Shown piece by piece: positions 1-12,270 of a stretch of DNA of 64,000 nucleotides. Location: contig JABVCE010000024.1 of assembly GCA_014905635.1 (NCBI GenBank), positions 62,001 through 126,000 on the forward strand. Reading direction: 5' to 3'. How positions within the stretch are numbered: position 1 is the first letter of the stretch; the number at the start of each line of letters is the position of its first letter. The position numbers and the translations under genes were made by a program. The notes beneath the pieces were generated by a model. That model was not told the origin of the DNA. It searched no databases and was given only the letters and a program-made list of their open reading frames with translations. Source of the DNA: Scenedesmus sp. PABB004 (lineage: Eukaryota).

Positions 1-3000
1 CGGGCCGCCATAGCCGCGGCGCTGCATGCGCTGGTCGCCCCGGCGGCGGCGGCGGCGGCGGCGCAGCCTGCGATGGGGCCGCCTGCGGCGGCGCAGCCTG
101 TGGCGGCGCAGGCTGTGGCGGCGCAGGCTGCTGCGTCGCCGGCGCCGCTGGCGCCGCCGGCGGCCGCGCGGCAGCTGCCGCTGCAGCAGGCGCCGTCGCC
201 GGCGGCCGCGCGGCAGCTGCCGCTGCAGCAGGCGCCGTCGCCGGCGGCCGCGCGGCAGCTGCCGCTGCAGCAGGCGCCGTCGCCGGCGGCCGCGCGGCAG
301 CTGCCGCTGCAGCAGGCGCCGTCGCCGGCGGCCGCGCGGCAGCTGCCGCTGCAGCAGGCGCCGTCGCCGGCGGCCGCGCGGCAGCTGCCGCTGCAGCAGC
401 CGCAGGAGGAGCTGCAGCATGCGCCACCGCCGCGGCCGCAGCGGCCGCAGCAGGACCCGCAGCAGCAGCCGCAGCTGCAGCCGCTGCAGGAGCAGCTGCC
501 GCACCCGCAGCAGCCGCAGCCGCAGCCGCTGCAGGACCCGCTGCAGGGGCAGCTGCAGGAGCATGGTGAGGATGACTGGGAGGAGGAGATGGAGGAGGAG
601 GAGGAGGAGGAGGAGGAGGAGGAGGAGCAGGACCAGGAGATGGAGGGCCAGGAGGAGGAGGAGCAGCAGCAGCAGCAGCAGGCTGCGATGGCGCCTCCCG
701 TGCAGCGCCGGCAGCGGCTGCTGCAGCAACTGCAGCAGCTGCAGCAGCAGCAGCGCCAGAACGAGCAGGAGCAGCAGCAGCAGCAGCAGGCCGTGATGGC
801 GCTGCCCCCGCAGCAGCAGCAGCAGGCTGTGATGGCGCTGCCCCTGCCGCAGCAGCAGCAGCTGCTGCTCAAGCTGCTGCAGCAGCTGCAGCAGCAGCAG
901 CAGCCGGCCGCGCTGGCGCCGCCCCCGCAGCAGCAGCAGCAGCAGCAGCCGGCGGCGGCGATGGCCCCGCCCCCGCAGCAGCGGGGCAGCACGCACGGGC
1001 GCGCGACGCAGTCGCCTCGGGCGCTGGGCGAGGCGGCGTCCCCGGGGGAGAGCGCAGAGGCGGCCCTGGCCGCCAGCGTCGCGGCGGCGGCGGCCGCCGC
1101 CGCGGCGGCCGGCGGGGCGGGCCGGACGTACCAGGCGGTCCGAGCGCTGGCCCAGGCGCCGCCGCTGCAGGCGCACCGTCAGATGGCAGCAATGGTCGAC
1201 GCGCTGCGCCAGCCAGCGCACGCGCCCGCGGCGCCGCAGCCGGCGCCGCAGGAGGGCGGCGCGCAGCTGCAGGCCATGCTGCAGCGGGCGCTCGCGCACG
1301 CGCGGCCCCCGGCCGGCCGCTGCCGGCGGGCGTCGCGGCGCAGCTCGGCGCGCCCGCCGGCGCCGCGCCGCAGGGGCTGATGGTGGACGCGCTCATGACG
1401 CGAATGGAGCACGAGCTGCCCGGCGCGCTGGAGGCGGTGGCCGCGCTGGTCGGCGCGCCGGGGCGCGCCGCGCGGCCCGCGCCGCGCGGCGCCGGCCCGC
1501 GCGATGGCGACGGCGCCGCGCAGTCGCCGGCGCAGCTCGGCGGCAAGCGCCAGCGCGAGGCCGACCGCGCCGACCGCGCCCTCGACCTGCTGGCGGTCCT
1601 GGAGCAGCTGGCGCCGGAGCAGTGGGGCGAGCTCAAGAGTGCGATCGTCCGCCGCGTCGCGGGCGGCAGCGCGGGCAGCGACGCGGCGGCGGCGCCGGCG
1701 GCGCCGCGCCAGCCCACGCCCCAGAGCCGCGCGCTGGTGGCGGTGCCGGCGGACAGCGTGGGCTCGCTGACGACGGTCGACGTGCACATGGCGGGCCAGC
1801 TGCAGACCGCGGCGCACGCCGTGCGCGTCGCGCAGCAGCAGTACCAGGACCTGCGGGCCTTCGCCAAGGAGAAGGCGCGCGAGCTGCGGGCGCAGCGCGC
1901 CGCCGAGCTCGCGCGGCGCGAGGCGCAGGCGCTGCGCGCGCAGCAGCAGCAGGTGCTCTCGCTGCTGCACAGCCACGCCGCCGGGCTGGGCGGCCCGCCG
2001 GCGCGCGGCCTGCTCCGCGCTGGCGGCGAGGAGGAGCAGGAGGAGCAGGAAGAGGAGGAGGCGGAGCCGGGCAGCATCGTCCCTGAGTACGACATGCTGC
2101 TGGCGGTGGAGCAGACGCTGCGCGGCGACCCCGTGTGGGAGCGCCTCTCGCCAGACCAGCGCGCGGCGCAGCGGCGCCGCTCGCTGGCGGCCCTGCGCCG
2201 CTCGACGCCGCCCAGCGGTCTGCTCGCCCCGCCGGCGGCGGGAGCCGCGGCGGCGGCGGCGCCCGCTGCGCCGCCGCCGGCCGCTGCTCCTGGCGCCGGG
2301 CAGCGCCGGCGCTACCTGCCCGCGGGCAGCAAGCAGCTGCCGGGGCAGCACCACGCGCAGCAGCCGCCAGCGCCCGCGGCGGGGGCGGCGCCGGCGCCGC
2401 AGCAGCACGCGCGCGCACAGCCCGGCGCCGCGCGGCTCGCGGCGCCTGCGGCGCAGCAGCTGCCGCCGGCAGCGCCGCCCGCGGCCGCGGCGCAGCGGCG
2501 CCGGGTGTCGCCGGCGCCGGCGCCGGGCAGCGCGGCGTCCCCGGGCTCGCCGGCGCTGCAGCCGCTCATTCAGCAGTCGCAGCTGCACCCGGCGCGGCCG
2601 CAGCAGCGGCCGCCCGCGCAGGGCCGCGCGCGCTCCCGCCGGGCCAGGCGCAGGCCGGGGGCAGCCGCCGGCGCGCGCGCAGGCGGCGGCGGCGCCTCCC
2701 GCGCACGGCCGTGCGGAGGCGCAGCGCGCGCCGCCGCCGCTGCTGCCGCCGCCGCCGCCGCTCGCCGCGACGGCGGGGCTGGGCGCCGACGCGGGCGAGC
2801 CCTCGGGCGGCACCGGCGGCGCGCTGCAGCAGGCGCGGGCGGTGCTGTCGGCGCTGCCGCCGCCCGCCCAGATGAGCGAGAGTACCATGCTGCGCCTGCT
2901 TGCCGACATTCACCACGAGCACTGCACCGCCGAGGGCGCGGCCGAGGCGGCGGGCCGGGCCGAGGCCAAGCTCTTGCTGGCCGCCCGGTGCGGCGCCGGC

Positions 3001-6000
3001 CGCGGCGACGGGGCCTGGCGCTGGCCGCGGCGCGGCGCGAGCCCCGAGTCCGGCGACGACGACGGCGACGACGACGACGAGGATTACGATTACGACGACG
3101 CGGCCGCGGCGGCCGCCGCCGCGGGGGCGACGCGGCGCGAGCAGCAGGCGGCGCTCCTCGCGCGGCTTGGCCAGGCGGAGCAGCGGTCGGCGCGCGAGGA
3201 GTCGCCCGGCTGGGAGCCCACGCCCGTGCGGCGCGGCCGCGGCCGCGGCCGCGGCGGCGGCCGCATGCGCAGCCGGCTGCGCCGCGTGGACGGCGAGGCC
3301 TACGGCGACGCCGGCGCTGCGTCGGCCGGCAGCGGCGGCGACGAGCGCGCCGCCGCGGCCGCGCCCGGCACCGCCGTGCCTCCTGGCGCCGCGCCGCCCA
3401 GCGGCCTCGTGCTGCTGCCCAACGGCCAGCTGCTGGCGCTGCACAGCCTCATCGCGGAGGGCCTGCAGGGTCAGCCGCCCAAGAGGAAGCGGGGGCGGCC
3501 GCGCAAGAACCCCCTGCCGCCGGGGGCGCACCCGCCGGGCGCGCCGCTGCCGCAGCTGTCCCTGCTGTCCGGGCAGGGAGTGCTGCCGGGGCAGCTCGGC
3601 GTCGCGTGCGCGCCCGGCGGGCAGCTGGCCCTGGTCCAGCTCGCGCCGCCGGCCGGCTCGGCGCCCGGCGTGGCGCTGCCGGCGGGGCTGTCAGCGCTGG
3701 GCGACGCCGGGCTGCACCAGCAGCTGTCGCTGCAGCACTTGCAGCTGCACTACCAGCAGCAGCTGCAGCGCCAGCAGCAGGCGGCGGCGCAGGGGCAGGA
3801 GCGGCTGCTGGCGCTGCCCGCGCCGCCTGGCGAGGCGCAGCCCGACGGCGCCCCGGCGGGCGCGGGCGCGCTGGCGATCGTTCCGCAGGACGGTGCGCAG
3901 CACGAGGGGCTGCTGCTGACGGCGGCGGGCGCGGCCCAGGGCGCCGACGGCGTGGCGGCGCAGGGGCAGCCCGGCTCGCCGCCGCCGGCCGACGGCCTGC
4001 GCCACATCCCGCTGCTGACGCCGGTGCGGCAGCCCCAGCTGCAGCAGCAGGCGGCGCAGGTCCTGCCAGGCCCTGGCCTGGTGGCGCTGGTGCCGGGCCT
4101 GGTGCAGGCACCGCCGGCGCCCCAGGGGCACGTGGACGTGCCGCCAAAGCCCAAGCGCGGCAGGCCGCCGTGGAAGCACCTGCGCGCCGCGGCGGCCGTG
4201 GGGCCGGAGCCGGCAGCCCCGGGCGCCGCCGCGGCCGCGCGGCGCGCCGCTGCTGCGGCCGCGCCGGACGCGCCGGGCGCCACCGCGGCGCAGGGCGGCC
4301 GCGGCGGCGACGGCACGGAGGCGGCGGCGGATGTCGCCGCTGTCAGGCCGGGCAAGCGCCTGCGTCCTGCTGCGGGCGAGGACGAGCCCGTCGCGGCCGC
4401 CGAGCCGGCCGCCGAGCCGGCCGCCGAGCCGGTGGCCCAGCCCGCCGCCGAGCCGGCCGCCGAGCAGGCTGAGCCGGCCCAGTCGGCTGAGCCCGAGCGC
4501 GTCAGCCTGGCGACTCCGCCCGACGAGGCAGCGCCGGCGGCTGCGCCTGCGGGTGCGGCGCTCGCGCACGGGAGCGGGGAGCCTGCAGGCGCTGCTGAGC
4601 AGAGCGGCGCCACACAGGCGGCGGCGGGCCCTGCGGCCATGCCTGACGCGCCGGCGCGCGCCGTCGCTGCAGTCAGCAGCAAGGCGGCGCAGGCCGACCC
4701 CGGCGCGCCCAGCGGGCAGCGGCTGGCGGCCGAGGAGCTGCGCCGGCGGCACCACCGCCCGCCCAAAAAGCGGCCGCTGGTCGACCTGCTCGCAGCCGAC
4801 AGGGCGGCGGGCGTGCCGGCGGCCGACGCCGGCGGCGCGGCGGGCCCCGCGGGCGCCCCCGCGCCGGCAGCCAGCGAGGGCGCAGTGGGCGCAGGCGAGC
4901 CCGCCGAGGGCAGCGAGCGGGCGGCGCTGGGCGCGCAGCAGGCGCCGACGGCGAACGACAGCGAGGCTGCGGCGAGCAGGGCCAAGCTGCGCATCAAGCT
5001 GCCCTCGGCCTCCACCAAGGGCGGCGCCGCCAGCGCCGCAGCTGCGGCCGCTGGCGAGCCGAGCGACGCGGGGCCTGCTGCGCAGCAGGCGGCGCCGGCG
5101 GCGGCGGCGCACGGCGAGCCTGCGCGGCTGGTCAAGGGGCGGGGCAGGGCGGCCCGCGACGGCGAGGCGCCCGCGCCGGCCAACGAGGCGCAGCCGCAGG
5201 GTGCAGAGCCACCGCCGCCGGGCGACAAGGCCGGCGCGGGCGCGGCCGGCCGCACCGACGACGCCGCGCCCAAGCGGCGGCGGCTGGCAGCGCCGGCGCC
5301 GGCGCCCGCCGAGGCCGAGGCCGGTGCCGAACCGTCGCCCGCCGCGCGGCGCGGCCGGGCGGCCCGGCCGGGCGCGGAGGGGGAGCCGGCGGCCAGCGGC
5401 GACGACGCGGCGCCGCCGACCGGCGGGGCCGGCGAGCCTGCGGCGCTCGACGCCCCGACGGCTATCTGTGGCGCGGTGATCGCTAGCGATGCCGCCGCAG
5501 CCATGGCAGCCGCCGCGGCGGACAACGCCGAGCGCAAGCGGCGCCGCGAGCAGGAGGAGCGCGGCGGCGTGTCGCCGCCGCGGCCGCCGGGGCGCGACGC
5601 CCCCGCTGCGGCCTCTGGCACGGGCCGCGGCCGAGGCCGCGGCAGGCGCGGCGGGCGCGGCGGGCGCGGCGGGCGCGGCGGGCGCGGCGGCGCGCGGGCC
5701 GGCGAGCGCGGCGACTCGCCCGACGCCGCACCCGACGCCGCCGCCCTCCCGCCGAGCCGGGGGCGTGGCCGCGGGCGCGGGCGCGGCCGTGGCCGCTGCC
5801 GCGGCGCGCGCGAGGTGGGCTGCGCGCCGCTGGCGCCTGGCGCGGCCGAGGAGGCTGCGGCGCCGGCCGAGGACGCAGCGCCGGGCAAGGCGCACGCCGG
5901 CAGCGACAGCGACGAGCTCGTTGCGCCGGCTGCGGCGCAGGCCGTGCAGCAGGGCGCCGCGGCCGAGGCGGCGGCGGCCGCCGCAGCGCCTGGTGCCCCG

Positions 6001-6565
6001 CCTGCCGCTGCCGGGGCTGCGCCAGCCGAGCGCGCGGTCGCGGAGCCGGGCGCTCAGGTGCAGCTGCAGGGCGAGGCGCAGGAGCAGCAGGCGCGCGAGC
6101 CGAGCGCTGCACCCGGCAGCGCCCACAGGGCGCGCAAGGCCAGGGCGGCGGCGGCCAAGGCCGGCCAGCCGCCAGCGCCGCGCCAGACGCGCGCGCGGCT
6201 CGCTGCGCCGTCGGCGCCGGAGGCCGGCGCCCAGGGCGCGGGGCCCGCGGCGCAGGGCCGCAAGTCGGGGCCCGCGCAGGGCCGGCTGGGCAGCCTGCTG
6301 GCGGCTGCCGCGGCCGCTGAGGCGGCGGACGCGCGCGCCGAGGCGGCCGGCGACGAGTCTGAGCCGGAGGGCCTGCCGCGGCGCAGGGTCACGCGGGCGA
6401 GCCGCGGCGGCTGCGCTGCGACGTCGCCGCGGCACGAGCAGCCAGACAGCGAGTCGGACACGGACGAGGAGGCGTCGGACGGCGCGCCGCAGACCATACG
6501 GCGGCGCCGCGCTGCCGCCTCGCGCCGGCCCGCCCCGCGCCAGCGCGCGCCGGCGCGCGGCAAGG

Positions 6566-6645
<80 letters not shown>

Positions 6646-8828
6646 GAGGGCGAGGGCTCGAGCTCCGACCTGGAGGAGGGCAGCGAGGAGGGCAGCGAGG
6701 AGGGCAGCGAGGGCGAGCAGCCCGAACTGCGCGACCTCAGCGTGCCGCGCCCCAGCTGGGCGTTCCTCGACGGCAGCGCCTTCACCGGGGACCTCGAGGC
6801 GGCGGCCCGCGCGAGCGGCGTGCGCCTCGCAGACACGGCCGCGCTGCACCGCCGCGTCCCGCGCGGCCGCGGCGGGGCCAAGGCCGCGCCGCAGCCGGCC
6901 AGGGCCGCGGCGCGGGCGGCGCCGCGCGCGCGGCCGCCCCGGGCCGCCAAGGCGGGCGCGCGTGGCGCCGGCGGCCGGCGCGGGGGCCGCGCCGCCGCGC
7001 AGCCGCAACCGGCCCCCTCCCCGGGCGACAAGGCGGAGGCGCAGGCGGAGGCGCACACCGGCGCCGCCAGCGACGACGGCGAGGCCGCGGCTCCGGCCGC
7101 GGCGGCCGCGGCGCCGGCGGGCGCCGCGGAGGGCCGCCCCGCGCCGAGCGGCGGCGCGGCGCGCACCTGGCTGGACGGGAGCGACGTGGATGACGGGCAG
7201 GCGCTGGTCGAGGCCACGGACAGCGACGGCAACGGCGACGGCGACAGCGACGGCGAGCCGGAGCCCTGCGGGCGCGCCAAGCACCCGCGCGGCGGCAGCG
7301 ACGACGGCGGCGCCGACAGCAGCGGCGGCGGCGCGGGGCCGCCGGCGCGCGGCGCGCCGCGCGGCGGCCGCGCGCGCCAGCAGCCGGCGCGGCGCGCCGG
7401 CGCGCCTGAGCAGCGGCAGGGGCCGGCGCAGGGGGCGCAGCGCAGCGAGGCGCCGGCCGGGCGCAAGCAGCAGGCGCAGCAGCAGCCGGCCGAGGCATCG
7501 CCGGCCGTCGCACCCGCGTCCACAGCGGCATCGGGCGCGCTGCAGCAGCCGGAGCAGGCGCAGCCGGCGCCCGCCGCCGCCGCCGCGGGTGAGCAGGCCG
7601 CGCCCGGCGGCGGCGGCGGCGCCAGCGCCACCGCCGGTGCTGTGCCGCTGAAGAAGTCTGCCGCGCTCGCCGCGCTCGCGGAGGAGCTGCGCGGGCCGCG
7701 CGGCGACGAGGCGCTGCAGTTTGCGCGGCCCTTCCTGCCGGCCGGGTGGCGGCTGCCGCCGCCCGGGGACTTTGTGCCTCCGGGCACGGGCAGGGAGCTG
7801 CTGTCGCGGCCGATGCGCCTGCACGAGGTCCTGCCCGGCGTGCGTGCGAGCCCGGAGGAGGCCGCGGTCACCATGGCGGGCGGCAGCCCCGCCGCGTACC
7901 GCGCCGCGCGCGCGGTTGCGTTTGAGGCTGCCGCCGCGGCCGTCGAGGCGGCGGCGGCCGCAGCGGCAGAGGCCGAGGCGGCAGAGGCGGCGGCGGCCGA
8001 GGCAGAGGCAGCGCAGGCGGCGGCCGAGGCCAAGGCGGACGCGGCCGAGGCGGCGCCCGCGGACGGGGGCGCCCCGCCGCAGGCCGCCGCCGTGGAGCCG
8101 GGCGGCAGCGACGCGGGCGGCAGCGGCGGCAGCGACGCGGGCGGCAGCGGCGCGAGCACGCGCGCGTCGCGGCGCGAGGCCGCCGGCCGCGCCGCCGACG
8201 GCGGCCGGGTCCGGGAGGCGCTGTGGGAGCCGGGGGACGAGGCCGGCGTGCTCGCCGAGCTGCGCGCCACAACCGCGGCGGCCAGGCCGAGCGCGGAGCA
8301 CCTGCACACCGCGCGGCAGCTGCTGCTCAAGCTGCGCTGGTTCACGGGCAAGGTGCGCCGCAGCGCGCGCGCTGGGTCGGCCGGGGCGGGGGCGGGCGCC
8401 CGCCCCCACCGCGCCCCGCCGCCCCCGCAGCGCCGCCGTGCCTGCCCTGACCGCGCGCGCCGCCCGCCCCGCCCCGCCCCGCCCCGCCTAAATCCTAACC
8501 CCGCCAGATCGACTGGGACTTTGGGCGCCGCATCGGCCTGGACGGGACGGTCTACGCGCTGCGCGGCCACGCACACCCCAAGCTGGCCGAGCTGGCGACC
8601 AAGCTCAGCGCCGCGTTTGAGCGCAGCATCGCCGCGTGGGACGCCGCCGCGGCCGCGCGCGAGGCGGCGGGCGCGCGCGAGGCGGCGGGCGCGCGCGAGG
8701 CCGCGACGCGCGAGGCGGCGGCGCAAGAGACGGGCGCTTCTGCGCAGACCGGCTGGTCGGGGGCAGGGGAGGGGGCGGCTCCGGCGGGCTGCCTTGGCGG
8801 CGACGCGCAGCTGCAGCGCGTGGGGTGA
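1..8828 (+). CDS. 5'-partial very large low-complexity (Ala/Pro/Gln/Gly) nuclear protein with two AT-hooks, RG/RGG tracts, poly-Ser/acidic tracts and a C-terminal TFIIS N-terminal (TND/LW)-like domain
   Basis: Frame open from base 1; coding-like segments 1-~1310, ~1310-~2620 and ~2620-8352 are joined by two 1-nt frame breaks. AT-hooks KRKRGRPRK (~3481) and KPKRGRPPW (~4147). Intron 8353-8507 (GT..AG). Last exon IDWDFGRRIGLDGTVYALRGHAHPKLAELATKLSAAFERSI...QRVG* ends 8828; TGTAA at 8945. Confidence 0.6.
156..399 (+). repeat. Coding minisatellite, 42-bp unit x ~5.8 (PAAARQLPLQQAPS)
   Basis: Identical units start at 156, 198, 240, 282, 324 and 366. Confidence 0.95.
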
Positions 8829-8944
8829 GCAGTGGGGGCGCGGGGATAGCTGCACTGCTTGCCAGCGGCGCCGCGCGCGCTCTGCCTGGGACTGTACATG
8901 CGTGCCCTGCAGCGCGGCGAGGCGGCGAGGCGGCGACGCCGGAC

Positions 8945-8949
8945 TGTAA
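8945..8949 (+). promoter_or_regulatory. TGTAA chlorophyte-type polyadenylation signal of the AT-hook gene
   Basis: TGTAA ~115 nt after the stop at 8828; UGUAA is the established green-algal poly(A) signal. Confidence 0.6.
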
Positions 8950-9187
8950 AATCGCTGTTGCCTCTCCTCGCAAATGCATGCTTTGCAGTTCCACCGTCCC
9001 CAGCACAGCGCGCAGAGCCACAGTGCGCGCCCCCCTCCCCCGCCCTCAGCCGCGCGATCGTCAGCCCGGCTCAGTCCATGGACTCAATCCAGTTCTCTGG
9101 CGCACCCCCTCGCCCACCAGTGCCGGCCATGTCCCGCGTGCGCTGCCGCCGCCCGGCCGTGCGTTGCCCCCATGGTCTCCAGGGAGT

Positions 9188-9192
9188 TTACA
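9188..9192 (-). promoter_or_regulatory. TGTAA polyadenylation signal of the lipase gene (convergent with the previous gene)
   Basis: TTACA on + strand ~80 nt downstream of the lipase stop at 9272. Confidence 0.6.
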
Positions 9193-9271
9193 GCGCCTCG
9201 TTCATAGCGCCTCGTGCGTTTCGCCGCCGCCGCCCGCCGCGGCGGCCGCCCCGCCCCCCGCCGCCGCGCGC

Positions 9272-12047
9272 TCACGCCCCGAGCGCGAGCAGCAGCAGCG
9301 CCGCGCCGCCCGCCGCCGCGAGCGCGCCGGCAGCGCCGCCGGCGCCGCGGCGCGCGGCCGCCGCGCCGCTCGCGGCCGACGCGTTGGCCGCGGCCGCGAG
9401 CACAGCGTCGCTCTCGTTTGCGAGCGTGCCCTCCCCTGGACGCGCGGCCTTGAGCGCGTAATTGGTCGGCGCCAGCAGGCGGCCCTGGGGGCACGCGGAC
9501 ACGTCGAGCGCTCTCTCGCGCACCGCGCAGCCGTACCTGCGCGCGCGGGCGGGCGGCCGGCGGGCCGACAGCGGCGGGGCGGGGCGACGGTCTGGGCCCG
9601 TGGCGCGGCCGCGAGTTGGCGCTGCTGCCGCCGCCGGCAGCGATGTGGCACAGCGGCGGCGCGCAGGCAGGGGGGCGGCAGCGCGCACGTTGCGTTGAGG
9701 TATGCGTCCGTCCAGTGGTCCGCCACCTCTGGGCCGGGCCAGGGCTCGGTCTCGTTGGTGCTGAGGGCGCAGCCGGGGGCGCTGGCGTTCATGAAGACCT
9801 CGACGCCCACGTGGCGGTACGCTGGGGGCGCAGGCGAGTGTGAGGGTGGGTGTGTGAGCGTAGTATGTGCGATGGGAGCGTGAGTGTGTGTAGAGAGGGG
9901 ATGGACAGGGGCGCGCACGCGCGTGCGGCTGCGCGGCGGCGCGCGGCCGTGCGGCGGCGGCGGCGGCGCAGAGCCGCGCGGCGCGGCTCACTGAGGGTCT
10001 GCAGCGGCACGCGCGGCACGGGGTCGTTGTCGTGGACCAGGCGCCACGTCGTGTTGCGGCCGCCGAGCTCGTCGTTGAAGCTGCGGGCGCGGGCGGGCGT
10101 GTGTGTGGGTGTTTTGGGGAGGAGGGAGGCGGCAGCGGCGGCGGCGCGGGCAGGAGGCTGGGCCACTGCGCCTGACCTCCCTCCCCCAAAAAATCACAAA
10201 CACTGGCGCACGCGCGGCTTTCGCCGCGCTCACAGCTTGACCCAGTCCTTGTCGCCGACGCGCGGTCCGCCGAGCGTGTAGGTCAGCGGCGCGTAGCCGG
10301 CGCGCCACAAGTCGGCGGCCGCGAGCGTCGCGAGCGCGCCGCCGAGGCTGTGCCCCGTCACCCACACGACTGGCACGCCGGGCGTGGCGCTCGCGTTGGC
10401 CACGCCCGCCTTGACCAGCACGCCGCGCATGGACGTGAGCTCGCCCGCGTACTGCTTGACGCAGCGCAGCATCTCCTCGCGCACCGGCGAGTAGCTGCGT
10501 GTGTGTGTGTGTGGGGGGGGGGGGCGTGAGGGAGTGAGTCGGCGTGTGAGCAGGTTTAGGCGTGTGTGTTTGGTTGTGAGGCGAGACGGGGCGCAGGACG
10601 AGAGAGGGCGGCGCGGCGGCGCGGGCAAAGCCCCAGCGCGCGCGCGCGCGCTGGCCGGCGGCGGCGGCGCACGGCGCCCCGCGCGCGGGCGCGTGCGGCT
10701 CACGCGTCTGTGAAGCCGTCGTGCAGCTGCGGCCGCGAGAGCGGGCGCGGGGGCGGGCGGGGCGGTGGGCCAGCGGTGGCGCCCGCGGCTGCCCCCCCCC
10801 CCCACACACACACACACCAGGGCCCACCCTCTGCGTGCGCGGCGGCGGCGCTCACGTTGACCCCTGAGCCACCAAACATCTTGTTCCGCGCCGGCAGGAA
10901 CGACCCGAAAAAGTCGGCGTCCGTCGCCGCGTCGGCGCGGCTCGACGTGCCCCTGCGCGCGCACCGGCGGCGGCGGCGGCGGACCGGCACGTCGGCCCCT
11001 GCGGTGGCCGCTGCCGCACCCGCCCCGCTGCCGCCCGGGCCCGCCGTGCGCGCGCGCGCTCCTTGCCCCCCGCCGCCCCTGGCCCCCCGCCGCGTGCGTG
11101 CGCGCCTGAACACTATGAATACATGTTCCCTGCCGCCCTCCCCCCCCCCCCCCCCCCCCGCCCGCCCTTGCCCCCCGCCGCCTTGCCCCCCCCCCCCCGC
11201 CCCGCCGCGCCCCGCCGCGTGCGCGCCTGAACACCACGAATATGTTCCCGCCGTCGTCGCGCATGCAGAGGCCCTCGGTGTCGACCTCGTGCCGCCTGTC
11301 CACGGCGCTGAGGAAGGTCGCGCGCGTGATGCCGTGCGGCGCGGCCCACGCCGCAAAGCTCGACCCCACCTGCGCGAGTGTGCGCGCGCGCGTGCACGTG
11401 CGTGTTTGTGTGTGTGTTTTGGGGGGGCGGGGGGGGGGGGGGGACGCGCGCGCCAGCCGGCGGCAGCGCCGGCGGCCGGCGGCAGGCGGCGTCGGGTGCG
11501 GGCGCGGGTGCGCACGAGCGTGTCGTTGTCGGGCAGGGCCCAGGTGTCTGGGTAGACCGCCTTGCTGAGCACGGCCATCACATAGGCGTTGGCGGGGTTG
11601 AAGCGCGTGGTGTTGACCAGCAGCTGCGCGGCGGCGGCAGGAGGGCGGGGGCGGGGGCGGCAGCACCGCCGGCGTCGGCCCCCGCTCCGCGTGAGCGCGT
11701 GAGCGCGCAGCGCGGGCCGGGGGCGGCGACCGCCGCGCACGGCCGCAGGCAGGGGAGGGGCGTTGGTGGCGGCGGCGGCGCCGGCGCGCGTGCACCCGCT
11801 GCGCCGGCGCGCTGCGGCGCGGCTGGGGTGGGGCGCGGCGGCGCTGCGGGGCGGGGCGCGCGCCTTGGCGAACGTGCACTCCGGCTTGGCGCCCTTGGCG
11901 CCGCAGGCCGCCTCGGGCAGCGTGGCGTTGTAGGGTGCGGCGACGCAGGTCGCGTTGCAGCAGGTCAGGCCGGGGTCGATGCAGGCGTTGCCCCACGCGC
12001 CGCAGCAGATGGCGCCCTCCCTGCCGGCGCGACGGCAGCGGCAGGCA

Positions 12048-12090
<43 letters not shown>

Positions 12091-12270
12091 CGCGGCACGG
12101 GCCCGACGGCTGGCGGCACCCGCCCCACCCGCTGCTGGGCTGGCGCGCTGCGGCGCGGCGCGCCTATTGCCGCAGCGCCGGGGGTCCTCCTTGGCCCCGG
12201 ACGCGCCGTGCCAAGCCAGGCAGGCCGCCAGCGCCAGCGCCAGCGCGGCGCGGCGGCGGCCGCGGGCCAT
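9272..12270 (-). CDS. Secreted class-3 (fungal-type) triacylglycerol lipase with N-terminal Cys-rich module and probable GPI-anchor signal; 10 exons
   Basis: Spliced model: signal peptide MARGRRRAALALALAACLAWHGASGA; Cys-rich ICCGAWGNACIDPGLTCCNATC; IFVVFRGT; LHDGF; nucleophile motif VTGHSLGGALA; YTLGGPRVGD; RLVHDNDPVPRVP; YRHVGVEV; DHWTDAY; hydrophobic tail AALLLLALGA*. Confidence 0.9.
10499..10817. repeat. 26-bp perfect inverted repeat (GT)7G12 / C12(AC)7 in two adjacent lipase introns
   Basis: 10499-10524 is the reverse complement of 10792-10817; the arms bracket the 23-nt exon 10704-10726. Confidence 0.8.

Noticed and set aside
156..399. Regular short repeats as a CRISPR array
   Set aside because: Head-to-tail units with no spacers, in-frame coding, eukaryotic context, no cas genes.
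1300..2630. Programmed ribosomal frameshifting in the first gene
   Set aside because: No canonical slippery heptamer, and similar breaks occur in several unrelated genes, which favours sequencing indels.
3691..8855. Very long antisense and alternative-frame ORFs (e.g. 1572 aa, 933 aa)
   Set aside because: Arg/Ala/Pro-rich shadows of the + strand gene; stop codons are rare at this GC content and no domains are recognisable.
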